Source of the DNA: a virus
Lineage: Duplodnaviria > Caudoviricetes
DNA: 64,000 nt
Strand: one strand, 5' to 3'
Virus record (IMG/VR): IMGVR_UViG_3300032328_000860
Coordinates: 1-64,000 of that record
Shown: positions 37,714 through 49,100 of the stretch, piece after piece
Position numbering within the stretch: the stretch's first letter is position 1
How the letters are laid out: each line of letters begins with the position of its first letter
Made by a program: the position numbers and the translations under genes
Notes under the pieces: model-generated
What the model was told of the DNA's origin: nothing
The model's input: the letters and a program-made list of their open reading frames with translations, nothing else
Database searches by the model: none

Positions 37714-38088
37714 CTATTTCCACTTACCTATAGGACACGATGCTTCAGGCAATGCTAGTTTATTTATAAACTCGCGTTGTTTGCTTAGAGAACATCCGCA
37801 TTTATCGCATACACTTTGCTTAGAATTAAAGAATTCACAGCCGTGACATATATTTAGTCTTTCTGTGATCTGCTCATCTGTGCATAGATCCTGAGTGTTT
37901 TTATGCAAATTCTTAAGAGCATTTTTGTCATTCTGTATTTGTTGTATTCTTGGCGCTATGCCTATAGGACATATTAATATTGGATAATTATTGTCATAAG
38001 AAACTACTTTAGCCCCACATTTTTCACACCAGTATAAACTATACTCTATCTCTATAAATTGACAGAGAATAATATTATTTAGTTCCAT
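37714..38088 (-). CDS. Cys-rich small protein (DUF6171-like)
   Basis: RLNICHGCEFF..CDKCGC..K..LPEASCPIGKW; probable start at MELNN (38088). Confidence 0.65.
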   Translation of the reverse strand: MELNNIILCQFIEIEYSLYWCEKCGAKVVSYDNNYPILICPIGIAPRIQQIQNDKNALKNLHKNTQDLCTDEQITERLNICHGCEFFNSKQSVCDKCGCSLSKQREFINKLALPEASCPIGKWK

Positions 38089-41000
38089 ATTCATAAGGGA
38101 TAAGTTCCCATGGGAAGTAACTAGACATAAATTTACCTTTAGTTTCAATTTTATCAACACTACCGTAGAAGCTTCTAAAAATCATTTCATTTTGCAATTT
38201 AAAGAAATCTGGTATTTCTGCGTATTCTAGATTATTGTTCGCTGTTTTTTGTAAACTAACCCAATAATATAAGTTGTTATTCATTGAGCCAAATTGTCCT
38301 ACAGAATCTATCTCTAGTGGTATTAATGGGCTGGCTGAAGAATTTGTTCTATATCCTGATCTAGATCCGTATCTATAAACAGTACTAAGTAAATCACATC
38401 CTCTTAATTGTCTTGGTATACGCTTAAACATCACTTCTATATTATTAGTATTTGTAAGATTAAGTAAGTTACCTACTCTTGTAGGCTTTCCTAGTCTATC
38501 CCCAACATCTTCTGTAGTAGAAACTAATCCTTTTCCAGGTGAACTACCAGTATCCGTAAAACACTTACCATAGCCCGGAGCATAGTTAACATCCGCAGAT
38601 TGGTCATTACCCAATAATGTTGGTTCGGGCATTTCATAATAAGGAACGGGAACTAGATATGTTTCTATTGAATGTACTGTTAACTCATCATTAGGAATTC
38701 CGCTAATAATTTCATCTCCATTAATATTAAACCATCTTTCAACTATAATGGTTTTCCAGTCCTTAATGCTGGAACCAAAGTCTTGCTGAAATTTAGTTTT
38801 TTGTCTATCAATCTCTAATTGTGGAATAATATATTTGTGTTTACTTATATCTCCTTCAAATTTTTCTACACCACTATCGCCTATAGTATCATTGTCAGCA
38901 AATTTTGGACATATATTATTGTCTATAGGAGGTCCTTTAAATAAAGGTAAGGCTTCTACACAAGAATATTCAGTAGATACTAATATTTTAGGATTACTAG
39001 CAAAATCACAAATGCATCCTTGAGATGGATCTATATTGATCATATAATGATCTTGGTTAATTTTTTTATAATCAATTAAATAATTATTATTATCTTGTGT
39101 AACTAAAAGTTCTAGTTTTGGTAAAATATCGGGATTATCATATTTTGGATGGTTTATAGGCAAAGTATGTGTAGCAATATAGTCGCGTGTTATCACAGTA
39201 TTTCTGTCCTTTACTATCCTAACAGGATCTGATCCTATGTTGGTCGGTTTAACTGTTATATTGTATGTATTTTCATATATAATCTCCCCAGTAGCTGTGC
39301 GATTTTGTTGGGTTTCTGGATCGATATAAGTTACAGTAGCAGAAGATATGGTTTGGGTTCCGAGCGCTGTTAGAATATCGTGTCTTTCTTTATATAGTTT
39401 CTCTAGTGCTCTGGTTGTTCTAAGAATATAGCATTCATTTACATTAGAAGGATTACGAGTATGGCAATCTCCTTTATCCTTAATTTTTTTAGATATTTTA
39501 TCTAGATGTAAGGCTATATATTTAATTTTATTAGAATTTATAATTTCCGAAGTAAGGGTTTCATCGCCGGCTTTACTGTCTAAAGCAGCATCATACGTAT
39601 CATTATCTATGGCGATGATTCTATTTTTTAAATTATTAAAGTCTGTAGTCGATAAGGGTTTTACTGGAATATGTTCTACATAATCATTTTCCACCTCTAA
39701 TACTCCGTATAAGCCATCTAAAGAGCTATCATCAAATGATGGTAGTTTAATATACATAAAATCTTGAGTATGTTCATTAGTATTAGACGCCGAAAATCTC
39801 AGCTGTTCTCGCAATTGATGCATCGTTTCTGATTCTAAAGACGTTGGTTGTCCTCCTCTATATTTAGTATTAGCTGAATTAGCAACAACAAGATTAGCAT
39901 CAGAATCAAACATATTATTCTGTAATACGTCGGCCGAATAAGCAAAACCATGCACACCGCCTGTAGATACAGATGCTGGGACTAATTCTAGTTTATCATT
40001 ATATGTCCAAAATTTAATAGAATTATATTTAATTTTATCATTTAAATGATTGTTAAAAATTTCATAAATATTTTTTAATTTATTAAAAGCAATATTATTG
40101 TATAGAAAATTTTTGCTAATAAATGGAGAGATATCTCCATAAGAACCTGTACTATGCGCTGGAGAGATAATATCATAAGAACTAAGATTATTGCCATAGT
40201 TTCCATTTTTATCTAATCCCCAACTATTATACAAAGCAACTGAGCCTTCTGCGGATGTTGGATTGTTTTTATATACAAAAAAGACTTTATTGCTCAGAGA
40301 CGGAGAGAGTCTATCATTCGTACCAACGCTGGCGCTTAGAATCAATACTGAAAACAGCTTATTGTTTCTGTAAATAAGAGCCTTATTAGCTATAGATACT
40401 TTTAGAATCTCCCTACTATCATCAGGCTCTCTTTTGTTGCTGTCAGTATATAACTCTATAGTATCTCCTATAGAAAAAATATCATAAGGAATACGACTAT
40501 CTATAGCGATAACCTTGCCATCAAGCATATCTCCATATAAATTATTGCTAAAAAAATTATTTCCATATCTAATATGACTATGCATCAGGCTTAGAGGTAA
40601 AGCATGTATTAAATCTCCGTAATTATTCTCGGTTCTCCATCGATTATTATTATTAATTATCTCCTGCTCTGTTGCGTTTGGTGGTAATATAGGCTTGTCT
40701 TTAATTCTAATCCACGGACCCTTTTGTACAATATATGTTCCAGTATTTTGTGTACAAGACTGATTATTGTTTGGTGCGGTTGTTGATGTCGAAGGCGGTA
40801 CAAATGATACATAAACAATATCTCCTTCTTGACACAATACATCAGAAACAACAACTGGTGCCCCTGCTAAAGCTGTCTGCTGTGTAGAAGCATTGCTACA
40901 AGTTACTTGAATATGTTTATATAATTTAGAATCCACAAAATAATTTATATCACTAATAACAGAAAATTTAAAAGTAGATATATTATCACAAAAATTTCTA

Positions 41001-44000
41001 CATACTCTAATAAAGTTATAACGATTTGGTTTTAAAACAGGCAGATTACTGTATTTAAAAATAGTAGCTTCTAGAGAATGCCATAGGTCTTGTGGTTTTC
41101 TAAAATTAATCAGTACCTTTTCTGGAGAACCAAAAGGATATTTAGTATATGATGGAAAATAAATTTGTCTACCAGCATCCTGCATGTTCTGCACAAAAGA
41201 AAGCTCTTGTAAATAATTAAATAATATTTGATAACCAGGCGAATTAATAGCTGTTGCTAAAGCCACTCCTAATCCTGCTAAACCAAACCCGGCCATCATA
41301 CCAGCACCAATAGCAAGAGAAGCCAATATATTAACAATAGCATAAGTTGGGAAAGGAGGAGACTGCAACATTAATCCCTGGTCTAAGGTGTCAGGATTTC
41401 CATTATAACAAAAGGATGAATCCGCAATTAAAGTTCTAGGAGCATTAATATTTGCTAATGGTAGTAAAGCTTTATGGTTAGTTAAATCAGCAATATAAGT
41501 ATTTCCTGGATAGGATGGGTCTTTACCATATTCTATTAGAGATAAAACATCACAATTACCGTAGGACTCTAAAGACGGATTAGAATAAGGTATTGGTTTT
41601 TCAGTATCCCCAACATGTAAAATTAACTCCCAACTACACAAAGAATTAAATATATCTGAACTTTTTTGAGTATTTTCAGCATTCTCTAATCCAGTCAGAT
41701 ATTGACTATTTGCTATATTATCCTGTACACTCATATTGTCTTCTTCGTCTAGTACCACAATAGTAAGCTTAAATTCTGTAGATCCTGTTAGTCCCCGACC
41801 CAATTGTGTTTTATTTAGTGTAGACGGTGGTTCCTCTCCTTGAAATAAAGTATCAGCTGCTAATTTTGATAAGCTATTATTATTAATATTAATTTTATTA
41901 TGTTTCATCATAGCGGTATACAAACAAGCTTCTCTATCAGAATAGCCAACAGCAGCATTAGAAGGATTTACCTCATCAGATGATGATACTATTTTTTGCT
42001 TAGATAAGAACAAAGAAGTAGGAAAGGCTGTGCTTATATTAGATAAACCACTACCAGACATAGCGACCAGAATGGGGTTTTGTACATCATTAATTATTAT
42101 GCTGGATGGTGCTGGACATTGTTGTATATTATGATCATATAATACATTATATTTAGAAGCATTATCTGAAAATTTAATACTAAAATTATATTTATTATTC
42201 TGTATATGTTCTTGGTTTAATAGAATAATGCAGTCGGCTGGGCTTTTCCATACATCACCCAGTCCCGAACCTCCATGAGTATCTATCGTGGCTTGTATAT
42301 AGTCAGACAGTCCAGAAATAGCAATACCCTGTGTTATAGGACCACTATTGTTATACTGTTGTTTAGTGCCACCACTATTAATGTTAGCGTGTGTGGTCGT
42401 TAGAGGAGGAACAGAACTATCTATAAAATTAAATGATCCAGCTCTGATAGGATTTCTCTGTTCATTATTCGTTGTGGCTGTTTCTTCGGCGGGAGTGCCT
42501 CTATCTTCTATTATTTTTGGGGCTGGTAATATATCTAGTCTCACTATTAGATTTTTAGTATTAACATAATTTAAAAAATTTAGTTTAACTTCTACGTTTT
42601 TAATAGCAAAGTTATTAACTCTTGGAATTCTAATTATTTTTTCTCCATTCGGACCCAACACATTCTCTGGTAAAGAATATGGACCTGTTACAGCAAATGA
42701 ATAAGTGTAACTTCCTTCTCTTTGTTCTGCTTGAAACTCATCATTGACTATTGGCTGATTAGAAGTAGCTGTTCTTTCAATACCTTTTGGTTGACCAGCA
42801 GATAAATATCTGTAACCATGATTAGATCTTGTATTAGCATCAATGTCTGCATATTCTTTGTTTAATTGATTGTTATTATATATTTCACCGGGTGAGAAAG
42901 AAGGTTCTCCTGCGGTTCTACAGCCAGCATCCCATTGCACACCTTTGCTAATTGCTAAGACAATAGAACTAGAAAATTCTTTTGGTCTAATAAAAGTACT
43001 AGCAGAGTTATCTCCTACTGATATTCCTCCAGAAGATAGTCTTTGTAATTTGGGTCCCATAAAACTAAAAGAATCTCTAGCTCCAGGATTGAATTTTAAT
43101 ATACTACTACGATTCGCATGGATACTATATCCTATACCATTGTGTCCTAGCCATCCACTAATAGGATGAAATACTCCTTTAGTAAATGTTAAAACGCCAC
43201 CGTTAGTAACGGGTAAGGCTTTTTGATAACACATTTTATGAGTAGATTTATTGTCTGACGGTAAACCTATAGAGGTATTGAGGTATGATAAATTATGTCC
43301 TGTAATATCGGGTAATAATTTAAATTGCTGAGAAACTATCTGTCCGCCATATGCTACAGGAGTGTCTGTTGGCAACTCTAGTCCTGGTAGTACAGGTATA
43401 GAGTACTGGTTTAAAAAATTGCTGTCATATCCTCCATATGTTTTAATAGGAGGAGCAAAGTCTGTACTAATAGAGGGAAATGTAAATTGAGAAGTGTCCT
43501 CTTCTTTAAATTTTTGAAGCACAGTATCATATGAGTATTTATATAGAGCAAAACCCTCTGGTGATTTATTATATCTAGTATATCTTAAAACATTTTGTCT
43601 ATTCGCTCCGGTTTCATTGGTACCTGCACCTGTTACTATTGATGCTTTTCTTGCTACTATAGAAGGATCATATAAGCTTAAACAGTTAGCGCATTCTGGT
43701 CTATCAGAACGAATTTTTTCTAATATAATAGAATGTATTTTAATAATAGTATTATTCGGTTTATATACTAATGCAAAATTTGTATCATCCGCATATATTT
43801 TATTTGATTTAATATTAAATTTGTAATTAGCATTAAAATTGGTAACTTCTTGTTGTGGCACGCTAAATCTGCCTACTGCGGAAGTGCCCATGAATTCTTT
43901 TACTAACATATTAGTATTTATAGGCCAGAATACACCTCCTATATTACTAATAGCAAATCTATCAAATGTAGGACAATGTACTCTTATGTTATCAGCATTG

Positions 44001-46162
44001 AGATATAATGGCGTAAATTCTGGACTGCTTACTATATTAGGCGGAGCTATCCATGTTTGTGTGTCTTTGTCAAAATATTTACCCTTACACTCTGCATTGT
44101 TTTGAATGTCTTGTCTACTACCTCTTTTATCTCCTCCATCAATTACATAGATTGTACGTTGTTTAACAAATGAGCCAAAAGGTGTAGTAATCTCACATTG
44201 AATAATAAATATACCTGTGTCGTAAACTATCATTTCTGGTTCTGCTAAGTCCGAGATATCTGTTACCGGGCCTATAGGATTAGGATTTTTAAATTTAGCT
44301 TTTGGACCACTGAGCTGCGACCATAAATATGTAATTTTAGGATCCAGATACCTTTCTGGTAAAAAATAGATTTCATCAATTCTAGTTTTAGGTTGATAAT
44401 TTACCGCAGACAATGGAATAGTGGCACTAATAAGTGGACTAGTTGCGCTAGGTGATTGATTATATGTCTGATAAGTATAAGTACTATCATTAGCTGGTAA
44501 TATTAACTCTTGATCATTATTTGTATAAAGGCTATTTATATAACCTCCAGAAGTCATTCTGGGTAAAAATTTAGTCTGATCTATTCCTGGAAATTCTGCT
44601 TTAACAGCATCATACAATGGAATAGTGCCTACCACAACTCCTGCTGTTAAAAGATTTATATCAGATTTATTATCCCCTATGTCGGTAGCTATTTTATTCG
44701 TATCAAATATTATTTCTTGATTATTAAAAACCGTAATATTTGTTGTGGTTTTGGGACATAGTGTTGTCATAACCTGTGTTACAACAAGACCAGTATTATC
44801 AATCTTTATTTCTGGTTTTTTGGATAAAATAGTGTTGGATGTTATCTCTAATACGGCTCCATATTTTTGCAACAATTTTGTAAATAATTGCTTTTTTGAT
44901 GTTACTAGATTATTATTAAAAGAATATGGAGATGGTTTAGTGTCTAAAAATAAACTTTTATTAATAGATAAATTAGTTGTAGAAGGAGTTTTTGTAATTG
45001 TTTGTAATGTGGAACTAATTTCTTTTGCATATTTTTTTAATAATTCTATTTCTGTACTAATATCTGTGTTAGTATTAGCTTCTTGTTCAGTAATGTAATC
45101 ATTAATCAAAAGTTTTATATCTATATAATCCATTGCATTAATAGCAAAATCAGAAATAAATGGACTGGTACTAAATAAGTGTGCTAATTTTTTAAAACAT
45201 CTAGATCGACTGAGTTTTAATTTTGGATTAATAGTACGTTTTTCGTCTAAAGTAAAGATTCTATATAATTGTGTATAATAATTATGTAAAGCGGCTGATA
45301 TATACGATTTTGATGGAATACCTATAGCACTTAATTTATCTTTTTCTGCTGTGTCCGTATAAAAACAGAACATATCACCATCAGGTATCCATAAATGCAC
45401 TTTATGTGGTCCTAGATTAATGTTCGCAGTATCTAACATAAACATAGGATTGGTTGTTCCAAAAGAAGTCACCGGAATTAATGCCGGGGCGGTGCCTCTA
45501 TGGTCTAATATTGCCATATCCGTAAATGAGCTAGGACGCTCTAATACGGGCATTAAAAAACTAGAATCTATTTTGATGAAAGATTGTCCTGGTCTACTAG
45601 AAGATGTTACTCGTGATCCGATTGGAATATCTTGATAATAAGCGGCTCCTCCTAATACTAAACTGGCTTGAATAGAATTAACCGCTGGTGGCGTCCCTTC
45701 TGTAGCATCACCAACTATTTTAACCCAAGCTAATATACCATAATATATTGCATTACTATTATTAGGCCTATTTAATACCCAATCAACAACCATATCTCCA
45801 TTAGTAGCAGACAAGGTTTTAAAAGAAGGTTTAAACTTATAAAAATTTTCTATACCCAAACGACCAGAGGTTAAAGAGGCGTTACTATTAGCAAAACTAC
45901 CGTCCGATGATAACACTTTATTATCTACATAAATATCATCAGTAACTAATATAGGCAGCCATGTATATTTGGGAGGGGTAGGATACTGAGCGGTAAATAA
46001 GGTATTTAAATTATCAAATTTAGTACTAATGGGTGATGAAGTGTTAGAAAAAGATATACTGGAAGCATCATCCGATATGGTATATGGAAGTAAATTTTCT
46101 AGTAATGATCCATTTAAAATAGAACAATTACTACTAGTATCTAATATTCTGTTATTAATCAT
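38075..46162 (-). CDS. Giant (2695 aa) putative virion/tail protein with PKD-like and P-domain-like segments
   Basis: Uninterrupted ORF. YLWSQLSGP..GIFIIQCEITT (PKD-like); IKNVEVKLNF..NLIVRL...SWELIL (proprotein-convertase P-like); Gly/Ala hydrophobic segment. Confidence 0.6.
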   Translation of the reverse strand: MINNRILDTSSNCSILNGSLLENLLPYTISDDASSISFSNTSSPISTKFDNLNTLFTAQYPTPPKYTWLPILVTDDIYVDNKVLSSDGSFANSNASLTSGRLGIENFYKFKPSFKTLSATNGDMVVDWVLNRPNNSNAIYYGILAWVKIVGDATEGTPPAVNSIQASLVLGGAAYYQDIPIGSRVTSSSRPGQSFIKIDSSFLMPVLERPSSFTDMAILDHRGTAPALIPVTSFGTTNPMFMLDTANINLGPHKVHLWIPDGDMFCFYTDTAEKDKLSAIGIPSKSYISAALHNYYTQLYRIFTLDEKRTINPKLKLSRSRCFKKLAHLFSTSPFISDFAINAMDYIDIKLLINDYITEQEANTNTDISTEIELLKKYAKEISSTLQTITKTPSTTNLSINKSLFLDTKPSPYSFNNNLVTSKKQLFTKLLQKYGAVLEITSNTILSKKPEIKIDNTGLVVTQVMTTLCPKTTTNITVFNNQEIIFDTNKIATDIGDNKSDINLLTAGVVVGTIPLYDAVKAEFPGIDQTKFLPRMTSGGYINSLYTNNDQELILPANDSTYTYQTYNQSPSATSPLISATIPLSAVNYQPKTRIDEIYFLPERYLDPKITYLWSQLSGPKAKFKNPNPIGPVTDISDLAEPEMIVYDTGIFIIQCEITTPFGSFVKQRTIYVIDGGDKRGSRQDIQNNAECKGKYFDKDTQTWIAPPNIVSSPEFTPLYLNADNIRVHCPTFDRFAISNIGGVFWPINTNMLVKEFMGTSAVGRFSVPQQEVTNFNANYKFNIKSNKIYADDTNFALVYKPNNTIIKIHSIILEKIRSDRPECANCLSLYDPSIVARKASIVTGAGTNETGANRQNVLRYTRYNKSPEGFALYKYSYDTVLQKFKEEDTSQFTFPSISTDFAPPIKTYGGYDSNFLNQYSIPVLPGLELPTDTPVAYGGQIVSQQFKLLPDITGHNLSYLNTSIGLPSDNKSTHKMCYQKALPVTNGGVLTFTKGVFHPISGWLGHNGIGYSIHANRSSILKFNPGARDSFSFMGPKLQRLSSGGISVGDNSASTFIRPKEFSSSIVLAISKGVQWDAGCRTAGEPSFSPGEIYNNNQLNKEYADIDANTRSNHGYRYLSAGQPKGIERTATSNQPIVNDEFQAEQREGSYTYSFAVTGPYSLPENVLGPNGEKIIRIPRVNNFAIKNVEVKLNFLNYVNTKNLIVRLDILPAPKIIEDRGTPAEETATTNNEQRNPIRAGSFNFIDSSVPPLTTTHANINSGGTKQQYNNSGPITQGIAISGLSDYIQATIDTHGGSGLGDVWKSPADCIILLNQEHIQNNKYNFSIKFSDNASKYNVLYDHNIQQCPAPSSIIINDVQNPILVAMSGSGLSNISTAFPTSLFLSKQKIVSSSDEVNPSNAAVGYSDREACLYTAMMKHNKININNNSLSKLAADTLFQGEEPPSTLNKTQLGRGLTGSTEFKLTIVVLDEEDNMSVQDNIANSQYLTGLENAENTQKSSDIFNSLCSWELILHVGDTEKPIPYSNPSLESYGNCDVLSLIEYGKDPSYPGNTYIADLTNHKALLPLANINAPRTLIADSSFCYNGNPDTLDQGLMLQSPPFPTYAIVNILASLAIGAGMMAGFGLAGLGVALATAINSPGYQILFNYLQELSFVQNMQDAGRQIYFPSYTKYPFGSPEKVLINFRKPQDLWHSLEATIFKYSNLPVLKPNRYNFIRVCRNFCDNISTFKFSVISDINYFVDSKLYKHIQVTCSNASTQQTALAGAPVVVSDVLCQEGDIVYVSFVPPSTSTTAPNNNQSCTQNTGTYIVQKGPWIRIKDKPILPPNATEQEIINNNNRWRTENNYGDLIHALPLSLMHSHIRYGNNFFSNNLYGDMLDGKVIAIDSRIPYDIFSIGDTIELYTDSNKREPDDSREILKVSIANKALIYRNNKLFSVLILSASVGTNDRLSPSLSNKVFFVYKNNPTSAEGSVALYNSWGLDKNGNYGNNLSSYDIISPAHSTGSYGDISPFISKNFLYNNIAFNKLKNIYEIFNNHLNDKIKYNSIKFWTYNDKLELVPASVSTGGVHGFAYSADVLQNNMFDSDANLVVANSANTKYRGGQPTSLESETMHQLREQLRFSASNTNEHTQDFMYIKLPSFDDSSLDGLYGVLEVENDYVEHIPVKPLSTTDFNNLKNRIIAIDNDTYDAALDSKAGDETLTSEIINSNKIKYIALHLDKISKKIKDKGDCHTRNPSNVNECYILRTTRALEKLYKERHDILTALGTQTISSATVTYIDPETQQNRTATGEIIYENTYNITVKPTNIGSDPVRIVKDRNTVITRDYIATHTLPINHPKYDNPDILPKLELLVTQDNNNYLIDYKKINQDHYMINIDPSQGCICDFASNPKILVSTEYSCVEALPLFKGPPIDNNICPKFADNDTIGDSGVEKFEGDISKHKYIIPQLEIDRQKTKFQQDFGSSIKDWKTIIVERWFNINGDEIISGIPNDELTVHSIETYLVPVPYYEMPEPTLLGNDQSADVNYAPGYGKCFTDTGSSPGKGLVSTTEDVGDRLGKPTRVGNLLNLTNTNNIEVMFKRIPRQLRGCDLLSTVYRYGSRSGYRTNSSASPLIPLEIDSVGQFGSMNNNLYYWVSLQKTANNNLEYAEIPDFFKLQNEMIFRSFYGSVDKIETKGKFMSSYFPWELIPYEYGTK

Positions 46163-46173
46163 AACTACTATAA

Positions 46174-49100
46174 TTATTCCTTAATAGCCGTTAATGTCCA
46201 TTTGCCATTAATAAAAGTAAACATTGCATTCTTATCAGAGGCTACGGTAAATCCTACTGGATTATCAAAATTAACAGTTAATACTGGAGCATTTATAGAT
46301 CTGCGTCCTTGAATATATTCCAAAGTTAAACGAGCTTGATTCGCTGATGATGTTATTCCTTTAGCAATCATAACCGGCTTTGTGAGTGGCTCATAAAATC
46401 CTGTAGACTTATTATATCTACATAATAGTTTGGTTCCCATAGGAGCGCAATATCCGCACTTATCTTTTACATAAACTAACCTACGATATCCTGCTTGTAA
46501 CGGCTGCTTACTAAACTCCATATCGTCTATAAAAGCTCTAGTGGCATATGTTTCATCATAATCTGGTTGTTTAACTAAATCTTCTTCTAATGTTACATAA
46601 ATATCTCTATAAGGACATTTACTTTCTCTTTTATAGTTTAAAAATTCGTCAATAGTATCTATATCATTAGTATTAGTTACTACAAACGGAGGATTTTCTT
46701 CTCCACAACCTTGTCCGGCCGTCCATAATTTTCTATCATCATCCCACGTTAAATCTATAGGACCAACTCGCCACAAATCTGGGCGTTCTGCCCAATTAAG
46801 ATAAAATTCTTTTAGTCTATATTTTTGTGTCCATCTATTATTAAGAAATTTTTGTGTTTTACTAATAATACTACCCTTATACCCTGAAGTATAATCCAGT
46901 GTAGTTGGTAAGGCGGTCGTAGTATTTTCTGGTTCAAATCCACCATCAACAGCCAAATCGTCTTCTAAAAATATCGGAATTACCATAGTATCGTTAATTT
47001 GTTGTCTGTTAAGATTGGCCCAAGCAGCTCCCGGTAAGTTTTGGTTATTTAAGCTCTTAGAAAAAATAGTAGTTTGTCCTGATATTTCAAACATATCTCC
47101 AACTGACAACATCTTATATTTTACTGCTGCTTTTCTTACAATCTTTAGCTTAAATCTTTTAGGTCTACCAAATACGTCTATAGCATATGGTTCATCCGCA
47201 GCATTAGGAATAGGATATCCATCAGTATCATAGCCCCAAGAATGTAGTACTAGCGGCCCTCTTAAACCAAAAAATCTTTGATTATTTTCATGTAAAACCC
47301 TATTAGTGGCTGGAGACAATTTACTCATTTTGAAAAATAATTGAGCGTCATATCTACTATAATCTAGATTCCTAGGCTCCAATTCAGCGGGATGTGTAGT
47401 ATATGCTGTTAAATTACGACTGGTTTCTAATGCATATTTAGATTGATTAGGAGGAACAGATCCTCTAGCAACAATTTCTATACAGTGTCTCATACGATCT
47501 CTAAAGTGTCTAGTTTGGCCGCCATAACCAGTAGATGCCGAAGAAATATCCTCATGTACTCCTTCTGGATGAGCGCCACTATAATTTTGTGTGTTTACAT
47601 TTTTAAATTCTCCGTCTGGCACCACAATAGGGTTTAAAGTAATTAGATTAATAGGAATTTCTTTATTATTCTTAATTCTAGAATTTAATTTTTCTCCAGG
47701 AGCGCCACACTTATCGCAGACAATTAAAACCACACCATTATTTGCTACTGTTTTAGTGCCAGTCTTATCATATTGGACAACTTTTATTTTTCTAACTTTA
47801 GTTCCAAAACAAAACGGACAATTTTGTGTCATATGAACAGAATATGAAAATGTTGCATTTTTATATGTTGGATAAAATGAAATAGGAGACAATAAACCAT
47901 CTAAACTCATAGCAGATTGAGTTCCATAATCTTTGTCTAATTGTGAACCAACTTCTTTTCTTTCATATAATTGTACTGTGGCAGTAACTCTGCCAGTATT
48001 TTTTAAAGTAGTAGGAGAAGTATTGGTAGTCAAATAATTGTTATTATTTCTAACCAACTCATTATCACCCTGATCGGTACTTGTGGTAGGAATAGACCAT
48101 TGAGTAGGAGCTTGAATTCTAGTTTGAAATGGTACTGTGGTAGAATTTAAAGAAAAATCTTCTACATATGCTGGTGTTCTAGATGGCTCAGAAATATATG
48201 GTGAAGCTTGTCCTATCAGCACCATACTAGGACTCCATCCAAATAATTTGGAAGACAAATCTTCGCTACCAAACTGAGACTTATCTAATCTTTCATCGTC
48301 TTGTGTCTTTTTTTGATTTCTTATAACATTCTTTAATTCTTGACCAATACCAACCATTTGCTTGTTTCGTTTAAGATTGGCTAAATTTATTTTTTTGATT
48401 CTATCATTTTCTTCTTTATTAAATAGTCCTATTTTACGAGTATAGGTTCTAAAGCTATATGATGTTGATATTCCTTGCTGACCAATAGAACACTGGATGT
48501 TACTAATCATCGGCCCACCACTAGGCTTAACATTCGCCTTTAAATCTAAAACAGTATAAGCTTGTATATAGGTGGCAGTTGGAGGAGGGCCAACAGCAAC
48601 AACAGCTCCAGGAATATAAGACAAATCTGGAAAAGTTTCTGTAATTCTTTTAGCATCAACATATATTAGATTACCAGTATTGACAACATAGTCATAATTA
48701 ATACCGCCAAAAGAAAAAATTCCACCCAAATCAAATAGCGGCAAACCAGGCATATCTAATTGAGCAGTTTCTATAACAGACTGATAGTTAATCCTAGACT
48801 CTATCTCCTTGTATGCTGCAATATCTAAACTATTCATGCCTCCATAATTCCATGGAACAAAATCATCTCTAACTTCAATATCTATAGAGGTAATTAAGTT
48901 TTCTATAGCTTTCCTGGCTTCGTCAACATTGGGCTGATATACAGAAACGTTTGTGCAAACTGGTGGTATTGTGTCTGTTTGACTTACTGTAATCCCGGTT
49001 GGATAAATATCGAATTTTTCAACATCAGGATAATTAATCCATGGTCCGTATACAAATTTATTAGATTTAATAGGAATACCAGCGAAAAATGGATGTGCTG

